Positions 7,663 to 16,965 of a stretch of DNA of 30,139 bases are shown here, in pieces. The notes under the pieces were generated by a model. It ran no database searches. It was not told where the DNA came from and was given only the letters and a program-made list of their open reading frames with translations. Numbering within the stretch: position 1 is the first letter of the stretch; each line of letters begins with the position of its first letter. The stretch lies in assembly GCA_029858565.1 (NCBI GenBank), contig JAOUEV010000045.1, positions 1-30,139 on the forward strand. Direction: 5' to 3'. The DNA is from Nitrospirota bacterium (lineage in GTDB: Bacteria; Nitrospirota; UBA9217). Both the position numbers and the translations under genes were made by a program.

Positions 7663-8109
7663 ATGTCACAAGGCTGCCCTTCCTGTTCCTCACTACCGGT
7701 GTTCGACAATACTTCCGGAGACGGCCCCAAGCGTCTCTCCCATTGGCCAATTCAGATCAAGCTCCTGGGAACGATCGTTCCGTTCCTGAACAACGCGGAC
7801 CTGCTGGTGGCCGCAGACTGCACGGCCTTTGCAACCCCCTTCTTTCACACGGAGTTCCTGAAGGACCGGAAGGTCCTGATCGGTTGCCCGAAGCTCGACG
7901 ACAGCATGCAATATGTCGAGAAGTTCACCCAGATATTCTCGAACACGCCGATAAAGAGCCTCACCTGTCTTCGCATGGAAGTCCCCTGCTGCGGCGGGAT
8001 GACCGCCATCCTGAAAGAGGCGATCAAGCGGTCAGGCAAGAACATTCCCTTTACCGAGACCATTATCGGAGTGAAAGGCGACCTGCTTTCTGAACGAGTT
8101 GTCGATTAG
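7663..8109 (+). CDS. Cys-rich Fe-S protein, stand-alone form of the HWPxQ/AADC/GCPKLD/MEVPCC domain usually fused to ferredoxins
   Basis: LSHWPIQIKL, DLLVAADC, IGCPKLDD, MEVPCCGG. AAGGAGG RBS. Confidence 0.85.
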   Translation: MSQGCPSCSSLPVFDNTSGDGPKRLSHWPIQIKLLGTIVPFLNNADLLVAADCTAFATPFFHTEFLKDRKVLIGCPKLDDSMQYVEKFTQIFSNTPIKSLTCLRMEVPCCGGMTAILKEAIKRSGKNIPFTETIIGVKGDLLSERVVD

Positions 8110-8149
8110 TTTCTCCCCGGCCCCACTCCCCCCGGGACCGGAAAAACAG

Positions 8150-8187
8150 CGGGGTGCGGAGACATCTCCGCACCCCGGTCTTTTTTT
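8150..8187. terminator. Terminator between the convergent Fe-S gene and dnaJ
   Basis: CGGGGTGCGGAG/CTCCGCACCCCG 12-bp stem, T7 shortly downstream on + and an A-run upstream. Confidence 0.8.
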
Positions 8188-9302
8188 CACTTCTTTGGAC
8201 CTTCCCCGAACAGCTCCTTCACCTTGTCAAAGAAGCCTTTTGTGATCGGCGTGCACTCCTCTTTCGACAGGCAGTCGAACTCCTTCAACAGATCCTTCTG
8301 CTTCGATGACAGCTTCGTCGGCACCTCGATCGTCACCCGGCACAGCTGGTCTCCGGCGCCCGAACCCCGGAGATGAGGGAATCCCTTGCCGCGCAGCCGG
8401 AACACATGGCCCGGCTGGGTCCCCGCGGGTACCTTCAGCTTTTCAGCGCCGCCGAGCGTGGGAACCTCGATCTCCGTTCCGAGCGTTGCCTGCACAAAGC
8501 TGAGCGGGACATCAAGGATCACATTCTGGCCATCCCGTCCGAACAGCGGGTGCTCTTCGACCGTAAGATAGATGTAAAGATCGCCCGGAGGACCGCCATA
8601 CTCGCCGAGCTCGCCCTCTCCGGAAAGCCTGATGGTGTTTCCCGTTTCAACTCCCGCGGGTATCTTGACCTGCAGCGTCCGTTCCCGCTCCACCCGTTTC
8701 CGGCCCCGGCAGGTCTTGCAGGGATCGGTGATCACGCGGCCTTCGCCGCCGCAGCGCGAGCAGGTCCGGGTCATGGTGAAGAACCCCTGCTGGATCCTGA
8801 TCTGGCCCGTTCCGCGGCACTGGGTACAGGTGGAGACCGAGTCCTTGGACCGTGCGCCGGTGCCGTCGCAGTCCGGGCAGCGCTCCCAGCGCGGGATCCG
8901 GATCTTGGTCGATGTCCCGACCGCGGCATCGGCGAAGCTGATGGTCAGATTGTACCGTACATCCTCACCGGCGGTCGCGCGCGACCGTCCGCGGCCTCCG
9001 CCAAAGAACTCTCCGAAGATGTCGCCAAAAATATCGCCCATGCCGGCCCCGGCGCCGAACCCTCCCGGACCAGCACCCTGGGAACCGGGCGCGACGCCGT
9101 ATTGGTCGTAGTAGGAGCGCTTTTCCGGGTCCGACAGGACCTCGTAGGCGTGGCTCATCTCCTTGAATTTCTCCTCGGCCTCTTTGTTGCCGGGATTCTT
9201 GTCAGGATGATACTGGACCGCGAGCTTGCGGAAGGCCTTCTTCAGTTCAGACTCGCTGGCGTTCTTGTGCACGCCGAGAAGTTCGTAAAAGTCTTTTGCC
9301 AT
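8187..9302 (-). CDS. dnaJ: Chaperone DnaJ
   Basis: J-domain HPD, G/F-rich region, four CxxCxGx(G) zinc-finger repeats. Confidence 0.98.
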   Translation of the reverse strand: MAKDFYELLGVHKNASESELKKAFRKLAVQYHPDKNPGNKEAEEKFKEMSHAYEVLSDPEKRSYYDQYGVAPGSQGAGPGGFGAGAGMGDIFGDIFGEFFGGGRGRSRATAGEDVRYNLTISFADAAVGTSTKIRIPRWERCPDCDGTGARSKDSVSTCTQCRGTGQIRIQQGFFTMTRTCSRCGGEGRVITDPCKTCRGRKRVERERTLQVKIPAGVETGNTIRLSGEGELGEYGGPPGDLYIYLTVEEHPLFGRDGQNVILDVPLSFVQATLGTEIEVPTLGGAEKLKVPAGTQPGHVFRLRGKGFPHLRGSGAGDQLCRVTIEVPTKLSSKQKDLLKEFDCLSKEECTPITKGFFDKVKELFGEGPKK

Positions 9303-9404
9303 AGGTCCTTTAAGAAAAGCAAAATGTAATTGTCACCTTATTGAGAGGCAGCGGGCCGCATTACTAACTTTAAACCGCATCGTACGAGCAAGAAAAGGCA
9401 TTTA

Positions 9405-9489
9405 TCGCACGAAGCCACGAAGTCACGAAGAAAAACGTGAAAGCAGATCAGCATCCTGAAATTCCTCGTGTTTTCGTGCCTTCGTGCGA
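9405..9489. repeat. Inverted pair of 8-nt-period triplicated repeats (CACGAA x3 / TTCGTG x3) forming a long hairpin
   Basis: tcgCACGAAgcCACGAAgtCACGAAgaa ... ttccTCGTGttTTCGTGccTTCGTGcga. Confidence 0.75.
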
Positions 9490-9520
9490 GACCGGCTTTT
9501 TTTGTTTAGGTTATCTTCAC

Positions 9521-9557
9521 AAAAAAAGAGGATAGCAGCAATAAACTGCTATCCTCT
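9521..9557 (-). terminator. Rho-independent terminator after dnaK
   Basis: AGAGGATAGCAG/CTGCTATCCTCT stem with a T-run on the minus strand. Confidence 0.85.
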
Positions 9558-9571
9558 CGTATCGGATAGAG

Positions 9572-11494
9572 TTACTTCTTGTCCTTGTCCACTTCCTCGA
9601 ACTCGGCGTCCACGACCTTCTCTTCCGGCTTGCCGCCCGGCGCCGCGCCCGTGGCCGCTCCTGCGCCGCCCGCTCCTGCCTGGTCCTTGCCCATCTTGGA
9701 GTAGACCTCTTCGGCGATCTTGTGCGACGCCTTGGCAAGGTCCGCCACGGCCTTCTTGATCGCCTCAAGGTCCTGACCGTCCTTCACGCCCTTGACAGCC
9801 TCGATCGCCTTCTGGATGTCCGCCTTCTCCGCGTCGGACAGCTTGGCGCCGTAGTCGGTCAGCGACTTCTCCACGGAATACACGAGCGTGTCGGCCTCGT
9901 TCCGGGCCTCCGCCAGTTCCTTCTTCTTCTTGTCGTCGGCGGCATGGGCTTCGGCGTCCTTGACAGCCTTGTCGATCTCGTCCTTGCTCATGCCCGACGA
10001 CGCCGTGATCTTGATGGACTGCTCCTTGCCCGTTCCGAGGTCCTTGGCCATGACGTGGACGATGCCGTTCGCGTCGATGTCGAAGGTCACCTCGATCTGC
10101 GGGATGCCCCGCGGCGCAGGCGGGATGCCGACAAGCTCGAACCGGCCGAGCGTCTTGTTGTCAGACGCCATCTCGCGCTCGCCCTGGAGCACATGGATCG
10201 AGACCGCGGTCTGGTTGTCCGACGCGGTCGAGAACACCTGGCTCTTCTTGGTCGGGATCGTGGTGTTGCGTTCGATCAGCCGGGTGGTAACGCTGCCCAG
10301 GGTCTCGATGCCCAGGGAAAGCGGCGTGACGTCAAGCAGCAGGACATCCTTCACCTGGCCGGTCAGGACCGCGCCCTGGATAGCCGCGCCGATGGCAACG
10401 ACCTCGTCGGGATTCACGCCGCGATGCGGCTCCTTCTTGAAGAACTCCTTTACCGTGGCGATCACCTTGGGCATACGGGTCATGCCGCCCACAAGCACCG
10501 CCTCGTTGATCTGGTCGATGGTTTTTCCGCCGTCGCCCAATGCCTTTCGCACCGGGTCAATGCTCCTGGTGACAAGGTCGTCAACCAGCTGTTCGAACTT
10601 GGCGCGCGACAGCTTGTACAGCAGGTGCTTCGGGCCGCTGGCGTCCGCGGTGACGAACGGAAGGTTGATCTCGGTCTCCATGACCGTGGAAAGCTCGATC
10701 TTGGCCTTTTCAGCGGCTTCTTTCAGACGCTGGAGCGCCATCTTGTCCTTCCGAAGGTCAATGCCCTGGTCCTTGAGGAACGAATCCGCGAGCCAGGTGA
10801 TGACCTTCTCGTCAAAGTCGTCTCCGCCCAGGAACGTATCGCCGTTCGTGGATTTCACCTCGAACACGCCTTCGCCCAGCTCCAGGATTGAGATGTCGAA
10901 CGTACCTCCGCCGAGGTCATAGACCGCGATGGTCTCGTCCTTCTTCTTGTCCAGACCATAGGCAAGCGATGCAGCTGTCGGCTCATTGATGATGCGCAGA
11001 ACGTTCAGGCCCGCGATCCTGCCGGCGTCCTTGGTCGCCTGGCGCTGGCTGTCGTTGAAATAGGCCGGCACGGTGATCACCGCGTCGTTCACCTTTTCTC
11101 CCAGGAAATCCTCGGCTGTCTGCTTCATCTTCTGCAGGATCATGGCCGAGATCTCCGCCGGGCTGTACACTTTGCCCCGCACGTCCACGTGGGCGTCGCC
11201 GTTCGCCGCTTTTACGATCTTGTAGGGCAGATGCTTCATCGCCTCCTGCACCTCAGCCGAGTCGAACTTGCGGCCGATGAGCCGCTTGATCGAGAACACC
11301 GTGTTGTCGGGGTTGGTGATCGCCTGGCGCTTGGCGATCTGTCCGACCAGCCGCTCGCCGCTTTCGGTGAACCCGACCACCGACGGGGTGGTCCTTCCTC
11401 CTTCGGAATTCGCGATCACGACGGGCTCGCCGCCCTCCATTACCGCAACGCAGGAGTTCGTGGTGCCCAGGTCGATGCCGATGACTTTTGCCAT
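9572..11494 (-). CDS. dnaK: Chaperone DnaK (640 aa)
   Basis: [46 protein letters not shown] before MAKVIG. Confidence 0.99.
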   Translation of the reverse strand: MAKVIGIDLGTTNSCVAVMEGGEPVVIANSEGGRTTPSVVGFTESGERLVGQIAKRQAITNPDNTVFSIKRLIGRKFDSAEVQEAMKHLPYKIVKAANGDAHVDVRGKVYSPAEISAMILQKMKQTAEDFLGEKVNDAVITVPAYFNDSQRQATKDAGRIAGLNVLRIINEPTAASLAYGLDKKKDETIAVYDLGGGTFDISILELGEGVFEVKSTNGDTFLGGDDFDEKVITWLADSFLKDQGIDLRKDKMALQRLKEAAEKAKIELSTVMETEINLPFVTADASGPKHLLYKLSRAKFEQLVDDLVTRSIDPVRKALGDGGKTIDQINEAVLVGGMTRMPKVIATVKEFFKKEPHRGVNPDEVVAIGAAIQGAVLTGQVKDVLLLDVTPLSLGIETLGSVTTRLIERNTTIPTKKSQVFSTASDNQTAVSIHVLQGEREMASDNKTLGRFELVGIPPAPRGIPQIEVTFDIDANGIVHVMAKDLGTGKEQSIKITASSGMSKDEIDKAVKDAEAHAADDKKKKELAEARNEADTLVYSVEKSLTDYGAKLSDAEKADIQKAIEAVKGVKDGQDLEAIKKAVADLAKASHKIAEEVYSKMGKDQAGAGGAGAATGAAPGGKPEEKVVDAEFEEVDKDKK

Positions 11495-11559
11495 AGTAGC
11501 CTCCTTGATGAACGACAATAATAGTTATAGACTGATCCAGCGCAGAGGACCGATCGGCC

Positions 11560-12168
11560 CTACGCTGTGGCTGCTTCCTCGTTCGCCGCCGGCCGTTTCG
11601 AGACGCTCACCTTCGCGTGCCGGAGGATCTTGTCATGGTACAGGTAACCGTCCTGGAACACCTGGACCACGGTGCTCTCGGGCACGTCCGCAGTTTCCAC
11701 CTGCATCATGGCGTCATGTTTCGCGGGATCAAAAGGCTCCCCCTCGGCCAGGAACGGTTTGATGCCGAATTTCTCAAGAACATCCCGGAACTGCTTGTAC
11801 ACCAGCTCAACGCCCGTGACCAGGCCCTGGCTGGTCTCGCCGCTGTCCGTCGCGTGCTTGAGGGCAAGTCCCAGGTGGTCGACCACCGTGAGCAGTTCCT
11901 GCGCCATCTGCTCGTTGGCGTACTTGCGGAAATCTGCCATGTCGCGCTGCATGCGCTTCCGGTAGTTCTCGAAGTCCGCGTAGGTGCGCAGATAGCGCTC
12001 CTGGGCCTCTGCGGCTTCTTTTGTTTTCTGTTCAAGCAGTTCGCGTGCTCCGCGATCTTTTTCCGTCGCAGCGGCCGCTTCCTCTGCCGCCGCCGCCAGT
12101 TCCTCCATGGAGGGGGTTTCTTCTCCCTCGGGAAGGTCCTGCATGCTGTCCTCGTCCTGCTCCGTCAT
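11560..12168 (-). CDS. grpE: Nucleotide exchange factor GrpE
   Basis: ADFENYRKR, GEPFDPAKHDA, GY.YHDKILRHAKVSV. ATGA overlap with hrcA. Confidence 0.97.
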   Translation of the reverse strand: MTEQDEDSMQDLPEGEETPSMEELAAAAEEAAAATEKDRGARELLEQKTKEAAEAQERYLRTYADFENYRKRMQRDMADFRKYANEQMAQELLTVVDHLGLALKHATDSGETSQGLVTGVELVYKQFRDVLEKFGIKPFLAEGEPFDPAKHDAMMQVETADVPESTVVQVFQDGYLYHDKILRHAKVSVSKRPAANEEAATA

Positions 12169-13208
12169 CGTTCAATGCCTTTCTTCAGCCGTTCATCCAG
12201 GATGCGCGACAGGAGCCGGGAGGTGTAATCCACGACCTGAATGACCTGGCGGTACTGCATGCGCACCGGACCGATCACGCCCAGGGTCCCGACCACATTC
12301 CCCGCCTGATAATTTCCCACCACCAGACTGCACCCCTGCATTTCAAAGAAGGGATTCTCCGATCCTATGAACACCTTGATCCCCTCTGCCGCCGATGTCT
12401 TGTCCAGAAGCTTCACCAGCTTGTACCGGTCCTCAAAGGCCCGGAAGAGCGACCGCATCTTTTCGATGTCCGCGAACTCGGGGGAGTCGAAGATCTGCGA
12501 CGCCCCGCCGATGTAGACCTTGTCGGAATCCCGCTCCCGCACTTCCTGGCTCGCCCGGTGGGTCTGCTCCAGGAGACGGAAGAAGCCCGCCTTTTCCTCG
12601 CGCAGCCGCTCGACCAGCCGCTGCCGGACTTCGCTGAGCGAGTGCTGTTCCAGTTCTTCGTCCAGATAGCTGCTGAAGGCGTTCAGTTCATGCTGCGGGA
12701 CCGTCTCGTCCATCTCCACGAGCTTGTTCAGCACGGCCCCGGTGTTCGTAACAAAGATGATCAGGACCTGGTTGCCCCGCAGCCGGACGAACTCGATGTG
12801 CTTGTACCGGCCCTCGGGTTCCGCTGGCGCCACGACCACGCCGGTGTGGTGGGAGAGCTTCGCCAGGAAGTGGCTTGCCTCCTCCATGAGCTGACCGATC
12901 TCCCCGCTCTGGAGAACGGCCGCCTGCTCCATCTGCCGGCTGATGCCCGCGGTGTCATGCTCCACGCTGATCAGCGCGTCGATATAATAGCGGTACCCTT
13001 TGTCCGTGGGCACCCGGCCCGCTGATGTGTGGGGGTGGGTCAGATACCCCAGTTCCTCCAGATCAGCCATAATATTGCGCAGGGTCGCGGAGCTGAGGCT
13101 GAAATCATAGGACCTCGCCAGCACGGCGGAACCGACCGGCGCACCGGTCTGGATGTAATTGTCGATCACCGCTTGGAGAACTTTTTTTGCTCGCTCGTTC
13201 AGGTCCAT
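12165..13208 (-). CDS. hrcA: Heat-inducible transcription repressor HrcA
   Basis: SSATLRN.MADLEE.GYL.HPHTSAGRVPTDKGYRYY; GTLGVIGP.RM.Y. Confidence 0.98.
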   Translation of the reverse strand: MDLNERAKKVLQAVIDNYIQTGAPVGSAVLARSYDFSLSSATLRNIMADLEELGYLTHPHTSAGRVPTDKGYRYYIDALISVEHDTAGISRQMEQAAVLQSGEIGQLMEEASHFLAKLSHHTGVVVAPAEPEGRYKHIEFVRLRGNQVLIIFVTNTGAVLNKLVEMDETVPQHELNAFSSYLDEELEQHSLSEVRQRLVERLREEKAGFFRLLEQTHRASQEVRERDSDKVYIGGASQIFDSPEFADIEKMRSLFRAFEDRYKLVKLLDKTSAAEGIKVFIGSENPFFEMQGCSLVVGNYQAGNVVGTLGVIGPVRMQYRQVIQVVDYTSRLLSRILDERLKKGIER

Positions 13209-13252
13209 GATGCTGCACCATTACCCGCTCCGGCATACTATCAGCCGGCAGC

Positions 13253-13279
13253 TTAGCACTCAAACTTTGTGAGTGCTAA
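13253..13279. promoter_or_regulatory. CIRCE element (HrcA operator) of the hrcA-grpE-dnaK-dnaJ operon
   Basis: Perfect TTAGCACTC-N9-GAGTGCTAA. Confidence 0.97.
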
Positions 13280-13280
13280 G

Positions 13281-13309
13281 ACTTTAACATAACGGTTATT
13301 TTGTGTCAA
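13281..13309 (-). promoter_or_regulatory. Sigma70 promoter of the hrcA operon
   Basis: TTGACA-N17-TAAAGT with extended TG, immediately upstream of CIRCE. Confidence 0.8.
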
Positions 13310-13358
13310 GACCTAGTTGACCATGAAAGTTGAGTGGCTCTATATCAAGCGAGGAGCT

Positions 13359-13401
13359 AATAAAAAGCCATCCTGCGTCCTTAACAGAAATGCAGGATGG
13401 C
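13359..13401 (-). terminator. Terminator after hsp20
   Basis: GCCATCCTGC/GCAGGATGGC stem followed by TTTTTATT on the minus strand. Confidence 0.75.
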
Positions 13402-13426
13402 CCGATCGGATTGAACATCTTTTATG

Positions 13427-13948
13427 TTACGCCGCTTTCTTCAGTTTGGGCTCCGCCTCGATCTGCCCTGCCTCTTTTGATTCTATCGTAATCTTTTTTG
13501 CCTCAGGCAAGGCCGGAACCGGGACCGAGATCTCGAGAATGCCGTTCGTAAATGTAGCCTTGAGCTCCTCGACCCTGGCGCCTTCCGGCAGCAGGAAATG
13601 CCTCTCAAAGGAACCATAGGAGATCTCCCGGTATCCGTACTCCTTTTCCTGCCCGCTCTTTTCCGATCTGCGCTCGCCTTTCAACACCAGGTCACGGTCC
13701 GTGACAGTTACGTCAAGGTCCTTGAGATCAATGCCCGGAAGTTCCGCCTTCAAGATCAGTTTCCCCTCCTTTACATAGCTTTCCACTGCCGGATCCCACA
13801 TGATCCCGGTCATTTCACCGCTCTGCCGTCCGGCACCAAGGAACCGGGTAAACACCCTGTCCATTTCCTTCTGCATGCTCCGCAGATCCTCAAAGGGATC
13901 CCAGCGCCCGATCATCTTGAATGGATCAAATCGTACGAGGCTCTTCAT
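13427..13948 (-). CDS. Hsp20/alpha-crystallin small heat shock protein (173 aa)
   Basis: AELPGI, LKGER, REISYGSFERHF.LP, ATFTNGILEISVP. AGGAGG RBS before MKSLV. Confidence 0.95.
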   Translation of the reverse strand: MKSLVRFDPFKMIGRWDPFEDLRSMQKEMDRVFTRFLGAGRQSGEMTGIMWDPAVESYVKEGKLILKAELPGIDLKDLDVTVTDRDLVLKGERRSEKSGQEKEYGYREISYGSFERHFLLPEGARVEELKATFTNGILEISVPVPALPEAKKITIESKEAGQIEAEPKLKKAA

Positions 13949-14149
13949 AGTGACCCCTCCTTTCGCCGCCTTCATCAAAGGCAGGAATACGAGGCCTGTC
14001 ATCGGGAATCTGTTTCCTGCAGCATGATGGATCGGGAATGGTTGCTGACGCCTTTGGATACCGGAACACAGACCCCTTCATCCTCAGCACTTGCTTGTTC
14101 AGCACCATCACCTCACCGAATCGTCGGGTAATTCTTATATAACACTTTA

Positions 14150-14176
14150 TTAGCACTCTGTCAACATGAGTGCTAC
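14150..14176. promoter_or_regulatory. Second CIRCE, upstream of hsp20, with the -35 TTGACA inside its spacer
   Basis: TTAGCACTC-tgtcaacat-GAGTGCTAC (one mismatch). Minus-strand TTGACA at 14159-14164. Confidence 0.9.
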
Positions 14177-14329
14177 AACAAGTAACGCGCTGATTTTTAA
14201 CATAAATATTACATTTGAACAAACACGAGGGATCAGGCTTCAGCAGTTGATGGTCCGGAATTGGCCGGAAAGATAAACTGGTTCAGAGAATTGCAGGATG
14301 GTTTTGAGGTGCTGCACGAGCAAGGGACA

Positions 14330-14806
14330 TTACTTCCGCGCAAAAGCGCCGCTCTTGCCGCCTGATTTTTTCAGAAGACGGATATCACTGATCGTGATTT
14401 CCTTGTCAACTGCTTTACACATGTCATAGACCGTGAGCCCGGCCACAGCAGCTGCGGTGAGAGCTTCCATTTCAACTCCCGTTCTTCCTGCGAGCCTGAC
14501 CGTGGCAGTGACATGGATGCATGATGCGCCTCTGTCGGGCTCGAAGGAGATCTCGACCGACGAAAGGTTCAGGGGATGGCACAGGGGAATGAGATCGGGC
14601 GTCTTTTTGGCCGCCATGATGCCGGCGATGCGCGCGACCCCGAGCACATCGCCCTTGGAGAGCTTGCGGTCGAGAATAAGCTTGAGCGTGGAAGCCTTCA
14701 TCGTCACCCGCGCTCCGGCCGCGGCCTCCCGGCTGGTAATTGCCTTTGCCGACACATCCACCATCCGCGCCGCGCCTTGTTCGTCGAAATGGCTGAGCTT
14801 TTTCAT
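14330..14806 (-). CDS. moaC: Cyclic pyranopterin monophosphate synthase MoaC
   Basis: [49 protein letters not shown]. Confidence 0.98.
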   Translation of the reverse strand: MKKLSHFDEQGAARMVDVSAKAITSREAAAGARVTMKASTLKLILDRKLSKGDVLGVARIAGIMAAKKTPDLIPLCHPLNLSSVEISFEPDRGASCIHVTATVRLAGRTGVEMEALTAAAVAGLTVYDMCKAVDKEITISDIRLLKKSGGKSGAFARK

Positions 14807-14835
14807 TTTTTGTTTTTCCTAATCCGCAATTGGAA

Positions 14836-15822
14836 TCATCCGCCGATCTTCGACATGGTCCTGGTGAAGCATTGGTCCCCGGACTCGGCGATGAAGTGCC
14901 GCTCGGGCTTGATCTCGAGAGCGAACTTGAGCAGCCGCTCCAGCTCCCCATCTTCGCACCCGGCGCGCAGGGGTGACTTGACATCGATCTCGGTGTCCGA
15001 CAGAAGGCAGGGACGGATCTTGCCGTCCGCGGTCAAGCGGAGCCTGCGGCAGGTCGAGCAGAAGTGTTTCGTGATCGGCGATATGAACCCGATGACGCCT
15101 TTGCCTCCGGGAACGCGGTGGTTCCGGGAAGGACCGACCCCATGCGACGCGGCTGCTTCCAGCGGCCCGAACTCCCGCTCGATGACCGCTCGCACCTCGT
15201 CAGCAGGCACACAAGCGTCGGAGTGCCATCGATCATGGGCCCCGATGGGCATGAACTCAATGAACCGGACATGGAGGTCCCGCTCGACGGTCAACCGCGC
15301 GAAGTCCGCGATCTCATCATCGTTCACGCCTTTGACAGGAACCATGTTGATCTTGATGGGATGAAATCCGCAGGTTTCGGCCTTTTCGATCCCCCGCCAT
15401 ACCGCGGCCCAGGCGTCGCTGCCGGTGATCTCGGCAAAACGCTCCGGCCGGAGCGAATCCAGGCTGATGTTCAGCCGCGTGATGCCGGCGGCGCGAAGGC
15501 CCTCCGCCATGCCGCTGAGCAGGACCCCGTTGGTGGTCAAGCTCACATCGGAGATGCCCGGAATACCGCACAGCCGGCCAATGAACGGCAGGATGCCGCG
15601 GCGCACCAGCGGTTCTCCGCCCGTGACGCGGACATGGGATATGCCGAGCGAGGCAGCTCTGCCGACCAGGCGAAGGATCTCCTCATACCGGAGGATGCCC
15701 TGATGGTCGAGCAGGCGGACCTTTCCCCGGGGCTTGCAGTAAACACAGGACAGGTTGCAACGATCGGTGACGGAAACGCGGAGATAGTCGATGTGACGAT
15801 TGTGGTGATCAACAAGCGGCAT
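14836..15822 (-). CDS. moaA: GTP 3',8-cyclase MoaA (328 aa)
   Basis: YLRVSVTDRCNLSCVYC, RFIEFMP, FCSTCRRLRLTADG...PCL, C-terminal MSKIGG. Start set at MPLVD. Confidence 0.97.
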   Translation of the reverse strand: MPLVDHHNRHIDYLRVSVTDRCNLSCVYCKPRGKVRLLDHQGILRYEEILRLVGRAASLGISHVRVTGGEPLVRRGILPFIGRLCGIPGISDVSLTTNGVLLSGMAEGLRAAGITRLNISLDSLRPERFAEITGSDAWAAVWRGIEKAETCGFHPIKINMVPVKGVNDDEIADFARLTVERDLHVRFIEFMPIGAHDRWHSDACVPADEVRAVIEREFGPLEAAASHGVGPSRNHRVPGGKGVIGFISPITKHFCSTCRRLRLTADGKIRPCLLSDTEIDVKSPLRAGCEDGELERLLKFALEIKPERHFIAESGDQCFTRTMSKIGG

Positions 15823-15827
15823 GAAAA

Positions 15828-15911
15828 AATCTACCACAGGGTGCGGGGAACTGCAAGGTGAAAGTCAGTCCGCCATTATCAGCTTGACCTCCATTCCCAG
15901 TGTGCTATAAT
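15828..15911. promoter_or_regulatory. Divergent sigma70 promoters for moaAC (-) and the HAMP gene (+)
   Basis: Minus: TTGCAG-N17-TAGATT, 5 nt before the moaA ATG. Plus: TTGACC (15884)-N16-TATAAT (15906) with TG extension. Confidence 0.6.
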
Positions 15912-15975
15912 TTTTTTGCGCCGGACAGCACCGTGTCCTTTCCCGGAACGCCGGACCGGCAGCACAGGAGGCCCC

Positions 15976-16527
15976 ATGACAAAACCGGTAAAGCGCGAGT
16001 ACTTTTCCCGGGGGAAAGGGCTTCTTTCAGCTGCAGGACCGCAGGCGCGGTTCATCGTGTTCCTCATATTCCTGCTGATCGGCTACACGTTCCTGCTCAA
16101 GATCTTCCAGAAACTGACCGGGATCGTCGATCTGCCCGTGTTCCTCCCAATCGCGCTGGTGTCGCTCCTGACGTTCATCGGCATCGCCGGCACACTCTAT
16201 TCTCACAAGTTCGTGGGTCCCGTTACGCGCATCCGGAGGACCGTGGAGCATGTCGCCGACGGGGACTGTTCGGTCACCCTCCGCCTCCGGGAAGCCGATG
16301 ATCCCATGATGAAGGAACTGGCCCAGAGCATCACCAGGCTTTGCGACCGCAGCAGACAGAACCATCGCGCACTCCGCGACGCCGCCGGGGAGCTGCTGCG
16401 CGAGGTCACGGACCTCACCGAGCAGGTACAAAAGGGCGTGACCGGCAAAGAGCTGGGACCCCGGATCGAACGCATCCATACGCTACGCACCGCGCTTGAG
16501 CAGGCAGTCAAAGCGCTGGGAAACTAG
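15976..16527 (+). CDS. Two-TM membrane protein with HAMP domain and short coiled coil (183 aa)
   Basis: Two hydrophobic segments, SHKFVGPVTRI...VADGD...LREAD..KELA. AGGAGG RBS before MTKPVK. Confidence 0.8.
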   Translation: MTKPVKREYFSRGKGLLSAAGPQARFIVFLIFLLIGYTFLLKIFQKLTGIVDLPVFLPIALVSLLTFIGIAGTLYSHKFVGPVTRIRRTVEHVADGDCSVTLRLREADDPMMKELAQSITRLCDRSRQNHRALRDAAGELLREVTDLTEQVQKGVTGKELGPRIERIHTLRTALEQAVKALGN

Positions 16528-16541
16528 GATAGGAGGCCGTC

Positions 16542-16823
16542 ATGGCTGAAGGCGCATTGCGGGGAAAGAGCATGAAACAGGTGGCCACCGACGTTGTCGA
16601 TGGCTATACGTCGATCAATCCCATTTTCCTGAAGAAGTTCGACAAGGACATGCTGAAGGACCTTTTCGAGCACCTGAACAAGGCCATGACAGCGACCCGG
16701 AACCTGCCGGTGACCTTCCACGACCAGGTCGCCATGCGCGACAAGAACATGAAGCTCCAGCGGCTCCACAACTCCATCATCATCCTGCGCAACGTCGCCC
16801 GCGAGAAGAGGATCCCCCTCTAA
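16542..16823 (+). CDS. Hypothetical protein (93 aa, predicted helical)
   Basis: AGGAGG RBS, host-like codon usage, 14 nt after the HAMP gene. Confidence 0.8.
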   Translation: MAEGALRGKSMKQVATDVVDGYTSINPIFLKKFDKDMLKDLFEHLNKAMTATRNLPVTFHDQVAMRDKNMKLQRLHNSIIILRNVAREKRIPL

Positions 16824-16832
16824 AAGATGAAC

Positions 16833-16942
16833 AAGGGCTAGAGTAGTAAGGGGTAGTGCCGCCCTGCGGGGAAACCAGTAAAAAAAGGGACGGCAATTGC
16901 CGTCCCTTTCGCTGTCTCTACCCCTTTAGCCCTCTAGCCCTT
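16833..16942. repeat. Imperfect inverted repeat enclosing a terminator
   Basis: AAGGGCTAGAG....AAGGGGTAG (16833-16856) versus CTACCCCTT.....CTCTAGCCCTT (16918-16942). Confidence 0.65.
16880..16909. terminator. Bidirectional terminator between the 93-aa gene and pfp
   Basis: Perfect palindrome AAAGGGACGGCAATTGCCGTCCCTTT whose left end extends into an A7 run. Confidence 0.85.
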
Positions 16943-16965
16943 CTTTAGCTTTGTAATCCTGCTTT

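Noticed and set aside
13926-14222. 98-aa ORF in the hsp20 leader
   Set aside because: It starts upstream of the promoter/CIRCE, overlaps the hsp20 start, and shows no recognisable protein features.
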